In this document: piece by piece, positions 59,604 to 64,000 of the stretch | Numbering within the stretch: position 1 is the first letter of the stretch | How the letters are laid out: each line of letters starts with the position of its first letter | From: an uncultured cyanobacterium | Lineage (GTDB): Bacteria > Cyanobacteriota > Cyanobacteriia > PCC-9006 > JAAUQQ01 | Reading direction: 5' to 3' | NCBI GenBank assembly: GCA_963718615.1 | Contig: OY970368.1 | Span: 1,856,001-1,920,000 of the forward strand | Length of the DNA stretch: 64,000 bases | Notes under the pieces: generated by a model | What the model saw: the letters and a program-made list of their open reading frames with translations, nothing else | Told to the model about the DNA's origin: nothing | Database searches by the model: none | Made by a program: the position numbers and the translations under genes

Positions 59604-60690
59604 CGCCGATTCTAGAATGAAGTGCATCACCTAGAAGCGTCCCGTAGAGGGGCTCATAGGATAGTCTGATGTTTACCACAACAAAAAGACACCCTATGAG
59701 CTATACCCAGCTTAGCGCTTCTGAACGGCATCAAGTTTATGAATTGAGAACGACAACAGCATTGTCTATGCGGGCTATTGCCCGTCAACTCGGACGAGCT
59801 CAGAGCACAGTATCGCGAGAGCTCGCCCGCAATAGAAGCGAGGGAGGCCATTACTTACCCGACAGCGCCCAGCAAAAAATGCAGGTTCGGCGACAGCAAT
59901 CCAAGACAGCGTTTAATTGTGTATCAGAGATCTGTGTTTTCGAGATCAAAGAGCGTTTGAAGCAGTACCACAGTCCAGAGCAAATCGCTGGGCGACTGAA
60001 GCGAGAAGGACGGGCGCAAATCAGTCATGAAACGATTTATCAGATGATCTATGCCGACCATGAAGGCTTAAAGGACTACCAGAAGGTATTTACGGCAGGG
60101 ACGAGGCAAGCGTCGTAGGCGAGGGGGCTGTAACTCAAAGCGAGGGAAGATTCCAGGGCGCGTAGGGATAGAGCATCGACCCGCGATAGCGGATGCCAAG
60201 ACTGAAATCGGTCATTGGGAAAGTGACACGATGATTGGGGGAAATCATCACGGCGTAATTGTGACCCACGTGGACAAAGCATCGAAGTTTCTAGTAGCCA
60301 ATCTAGGTGAAAACAAAACGTCTTCTGAAGTCAACAAGGTGACCATTAGGCTCTTTAGCCAGATTCCAAAGGCTCAACGAAAAACGATGACATTTGACAA
60401 TGGCAAAGAGTTTAGTGGCCATGAAGAATTGAGTAAGGAGTTAGGACTACAGTGTTACTTTGCCAACCCTTATCATTCCTGGGAGCGAGGACTAAATGAA
60501 CATACGAATGGATTGTTGAGGCAGTTTTTTCCAAAGCAGACAAATTTCAAAATTGTGAAGCCAGAGGCATTAGAAGAAGCAGTCATGCTGATTAACAAAA
60601 GACCTAGGAAATCGCTTGACTACAAAACGCCATTTGAAGTATTCTATTCAGATAAATCAGGCACTGATGCACTTCAAATTTGAATTGGCG
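59604..60690 (+). mobile_element. IS30-family insertion sequence (1,087 bp)
   Basis: 26-bp imperfect inverted repeats (CGCC.ATTC.A...TGAAGTGCATCA); TAT duplicated on both sides. Confidence 0.92.
59696..60683 (+). pseudogene. IS30 transposase with a one-base insertion frameshift near 60086
   Basis: YTQLS..ER, STVSREL.RN, SPEQI, SHETIY in one frame; GHWESD, TFDNGKEF, WERGLNE.TNG in the other; an extra G in AAGGTAT. Confidence 0.9.
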
Positions 60691-60857
60691 TATTTAGTAC
60701 AAATTCCATCTACAGTAATTCAAGCATTAGGTGCCATTTTTCCTGGGCTAAGTGATACGCTTTCTAGTACTAGAAGTAGATGGAATAGAGTTATGGATAA
60801 AGTCTTGGGACGCTCAAGTAGATAATCAAATTTGAGATTGGTTGTGTTGCGCCAGCC

Positions 60858-60944
60858 AGCTAACAAGTCGCTGCACCGGAACGCCGAAAGCTAGTCGGTT
60901 GAGTTGCCAAGGTTATCTGCGTCCGGTGAGCTTGGTCGTTAGAC
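60858..60944 (+). other. Integron attC recombination site 2
   Basis: AGCTAAC...GTTAGAC; same GCTGCACCGGAACG / CGTCCGGTGAGC arms as attC1. Confidence 0.88.
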
Positions 60945-61023
60945 AGACTGAAACTTGAAATATTGTCAGATTGAATGCACGATTGAGTGCTAGGCTGAGT
61001 TGCTTTAGTTTAGAGAGGTTCTA

Positions 61024-62073
61024 ATGAATAAAAGTTACGTTATATGGAACAACAAAGGAGGTGTTGGTAAGAGCACCATTACTTTCCATATTGCATCTAT
61101 GTACGCCGAGAAACATAGCGATCGGAATGTAGTGGTTATAGATATGTGTCCACAAGCAAACTCGTCAATGATGCTGATGGGGGGCGGGACTGGCGCGGAA
61201 TCTCGTCTACAAGAGCTAATTGTTGGGGATGTCCCTAAAACTGTTGTGGGTTACTTGACAGACAGCGTACTGAAAAATGACACCACAGATGTGAATAAAT
61301 ATCTGCTTCAATTGCAGGAAAATAATCCAAGGCTGCCGCCAAATCTCTTTCTTATGTCTGGTGACGGAAATCTGGAGCTAATTGCTCCCTTGTTGGCAGA
61401 AAGAGCTGATGCAACACCATTATCCAGCACGGATTCGCCTTGGGTTGAGATACACTCAATCATTAAAAGATTTACAGAGCGTACTATATTCGATAAGCCG
61501 ACAACATTTTTTATCGATACCAACCCCAGCTTCTCAATCTACACGCAAATTGCAATTTTGTCAGGGCAAAAGTTATTGGTTCCTATCAATGCTGATGACT
61601 CGTCAATTTACGCGATATCAGGATTGTTCAATTTAATATGGGGCACAGAGAAAACGCATCCAGTCTACGGAAAGTATACTTTTGCCGCTAAAGTTGATAC
61701 TTTCGGAATGGAAAGACCGAAAATTGCACTTTTACTAGGCAATAGGTTTACTCAGAAGATAGGCGCAGCGCAGGCTTTCAAGGCACTGTCAAATGAAGCA
61801 GTGCGGAAAATGTTTGAGGAGTATGAAAATAACAAATCTCGTTTTGTTGATGGAGAGCAACATAGCTACTCTCGAAGTGAATTTGAAGATGTCTACAGTT
61901 GTGAATTGAGAGATTTTAATAGTGCTGGCGTTGTAGCAGCAAATCAAGGGTTGCCACTGAGCCAAATGCTGGAACAGCGCCGTTACATGGTGTATGGTGA
62001 GGAAATTCAGGTTTCTCAAGAGCAAAGGAATAAGTGTCATGAAGTAATTGAGACGCTTGTTGGAAGGCTATGA
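61024..62073 (+). CDS. Orphan ParA/Soj-family ATPase (cassette 3)
   Basis: NNKGGVGKST deviant Walker A, IDMCPQANSS, IDTNPS. Confidence 0.9.
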   Translation: MNKSYVIWNNKGGVGKSTITFHIASMYAEKHSDRNVVVIDMCPQANSSMMLMGGGTGAESRLQELIVGDVPKTVVGYLTDSVLKNDTTDVNKYLLQLQENNPRLPPNLFLMSGDGNLELIAPLLAERADATPLSSTDSPWVEIHSIIKRFTERTIFDKPTTFFIDTNPSFSIYTQIAILSGQKLLVPINADDSSIYAISGLFNLIWGTEKTHPVYGKYTFAAKVDTFGMERPKIALLLGNRFTQKIGAAQAFKALSNEAVRKMFEEYENNKSRFVDGEQHSYSRSEFEDVYSCELRDFNSAGVVAANQGLPLSQMLEQRRYMVYGEEIQVSQEQRNKCHEVIETLVGRL

Positions 62074-62124
62074 GCATCTGCAAAGGTTGCCCCAGAAGAT
62101 AATTCTGGACATCTACTGAGGCTA

Positions 62125-62160
62125 AGTCTGTCTAACATAGGCCCTGAGGCGGACGGAGTC
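62125..62160 (+). other. Left arm only of a third attC (truncated or degenerate)
   Basis: AGTCTGTCTAAC is the exact reverse complement of the cassette start GTTAGACAGACT (60938); no matching right arm found. Confidence 0.6.
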
Positions 62161-62340
62161 AATGGCGAACACTAAATATTCTGCTCTGATTGAAAAAGGA
62201 CGGTTATTTAATCAGGACAAATCGACCTGATATTGAGCTTTGAATTGCTCAGATAATCTCATTATCAGATTATTTGTATTTGATGATGTGTTGCTAATTG
62301 ATGTGCTTGAAATCAACTAAAAAACTGCAATCAAGAGATG

Positions 62341-63606
62341 CTATTCCGCCAGAAGTGCAATCAACGGTGACTTCTTCCGTCTCAGGGCAGCTAAATACTT
62401 TTCCTCATCATAGGGTTTACCATCTTGCCAACAACGCCAGAGAATCCGACCCCATTTATAGGCCAAAGCCCGAATTGCTTTCGGATGACTTTTGCCTACA
62501 GCCCGTTGTTGTTTGTAAAAGGCTTGCGACCAGGCGGAATGCCGTCGCGCTTGATCCACCCATTCGACAAAGGTTTGTCGCAAGAAAATCGGACAAGACC
62601 AACGCCAATGAACCCAACGTTTCTTGCCACTTTCCTCTTTCACGGGCGCAATGCCGATATAACTCATGAAGGCTTGGGCCGAATCAAACCTTGTGCGGTC
62701 TTCACCAAAAGCCGCGAGGAGTCGAGGAGCGAGATGTGGGCCTGCTCCTGGCAAGGTTCGAAATAATACCGCATCAGGCAGGGATTCAAACAATTGTTCG
62801 ATACTCTGCTCAAATGCAGCCAGTTGTTGCACAATGACTTTGAGTAATGCAATCAAGGCAACCGTCAGAGCTTGGGCGGGTCGGATGATCGCCTCATCTT
62901 GGGTCAAGGGTGGGCCAGCTTCATGGATTTGCTGAATCCGTCGCTGGATGGCCGATTTACGAACCACTTTATGGTTGCGAAAGAACTGTGTCAGTTGGAT
63001 ATCAGTCGTGGCTTGTGCCGCTTGTACATCGGGGTATTGTTCCAGGAATTCACAGAAGACGAGAGTGTCCTTATCCTCAAACCAATCAAGCACTTGTGGA
63101 AAGTAGGATTTAAGTGAGGCTATAATGCGATTGGTCAGCCGCACTTTCTCCCCCACCAGCATCCGCCGCGACTCAACCCATTGCCGTAATTGACGATGTT
63201 TTGGACAGCCCGCCGTCCAAATGTCGAGTTTGTCACCATGCTTTTGTAGCAGTTCCACAATCAACTTGGCGTCAATGGGATCAGACTTTGCCCGTGACGG
63301 TTGAAAGGCTTTGCGGTAGTTGGCTACGGTGCGGGGATTGATCGGCACTAGAACCAAGTTGTCGTATTGGCAGAGGGCATAGAGCAACGGTCCACGTTTT
63401 TGTTCTAGGCCAACGAGGATTTTTCTCTGGCCATAGCGCTGTCGCAGTTGATTCACCCAATCGGCGATCGCCTGTGGGGTTGCTTGAATGATGCTATGTT
63501 CCCAAACCTGAGAGGTGGGTTCATGCAGGGCAATGTCATGTTTTCGGTCAGCCCAGTCGATGCCAATGTAGGCAGCGTAAGGGGTATTGGCAAGGTTAAG
63601 TTTCAT
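62341..63606 (-). CDS. IS110-family recombinase (transposase)
   Basis: IGIDWA..KHD, KSDP.DA, LPGAG...A..L.A..G, GIAPV..ESG, A.RALA.KW.RIL; element ends not resolved. Confidence 0.93.
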   Translation of the reverse strand: MKLNLANTPYAAYIGIDWADRKHDIALHEPTSQVWEHSIIQATPQAIADWVNQLRQRYGQRKILVGLEQKRGPLLYALCQYDNLVLVPINPRTVANYRKAFQPSRAKSDPIDAKLIVELLQKHGDKLDIWTAGCPKHRQLRQWVESRRMLVGEKVRLTNRIIASLKSYFPQVLDWFEDKDTLVFCEFLEQYPDVQAAQATTDIQLTQFFRNHKVVRKSAIQRRIQQIHEAGPPLTQDEAIIRPAQALTVALIALLKVIVQQLAAFEQSIEQLFESLPDAVLFRTLPGAGPHLAPRLLAAFGEDRTRFDSAQAFMSYIGIAPVKEESGKKRWVHWRWSCPIFLRQTFVEWVDQARRHSAWSQAFYKQQRAVGKSHPKAIRALAYKWGRILWRCWQDGKPYDEEKYLAALRRKKSPLIALLAE

Positions 63607-63719
63607 CGTGCTAGATTGAGGATAGTTTTTGCTTGGGGGAAAAGCTAACGCCAAGTTCAGGGGCGAAAAGATTATGGAAGAGATGACACTCATCAATCCC
63701 TGAGAGTTCGTTACTAGTG

Positions 63720-63935
63720 AAGTTGGACGAGGTGGGGCGGCGATGCCATATGTTAGTAGTCATCGACTGACTCTCGTTGGATAGTCGTCCGCTCCACCTG
63801 GTAGAATTTCCCCACTTTCTTACTTTAAGTATTTCTTCAAGAGCAAGCGAACCCAGGAGGAGGAGGAGCGATGCGATATGTTAGTAGACATGCTTGCTGT
63901 CGCGCGATGCATGGTCGTCTCCTCGTCTTTTCAGG
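63720..63935 (-). ncRNA. Candidate IS110 bridge RNA in the non-coding leader
   Basis: Two similarly built stem-loop units, each containing GCGATGC(C/G)ATATGTTAGTAG(T/A)CAT (63740-63763 and 63868-63891, + strand). Confidence 0.5.
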
Positions 63936-64000
63936 TTCTCGTCTCCCCATAAACCCGGCTGGAGCGGACTGAAGGGAGATCTCGGTGGGGATGCAAAGGT

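Larger units (their letters stand above)
59193..60825 (+). pseudogene. DUF218/YdcF-like protein (about 180 aa) split by IS30
   Basis: II.GYG, LILCGG.T....SEA..M, EE.S.TS..NL; removing the IS restores ..EFALMY-LVQIPSTVIQALG..*. Confidence 0.82.

Noticed and set aside
62196-62210. GTTATTT as the right end of attC3
   Set aside because: Distance is plausible but the preceding sequence is not complementary to the left arm.

Overview
Cyanobacterial chromosomal segment (very frequent HIP1 octamer GCGATCGC; rpaB, plsX-fabH-fabD, radA, class II fba, rlmN, tRNA-Lys(TTT)). Bases 1-51,100 are mostly core and signalling genes, with three accessory patches: xisH/xisI plus an NB-ARC-TPR gene, an IS1380 splitting a diguanylate cyclase, and an exosortase/PFE-CTERM/glycosyltransferase locus. 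From about 51,300 to the end is an AT-rich, HIP1-poor island organised as an integron-type cassette array with no integrase in the window. It holds three cassettes, each with 11-12 bp complementary core/inverse-core ends: an AbiTii-like gene, an unusually large 4-gene module (small membrane peptide, HTH-STAND ATPase, TPR, DUF218), and an orphan ParA. An IS110 with a bridge-RNA-like leader follows. The most striking element is a composite transposon (two apparently identical 1,384-bp IS copies, one outer 5-bp TTTGT target duplication) whose only cargo is an intron-less eukaryote-type profilin gene. It has inserted into, and split, the TPR gene. All family calls come from motif recognition by eye; no searches were run.
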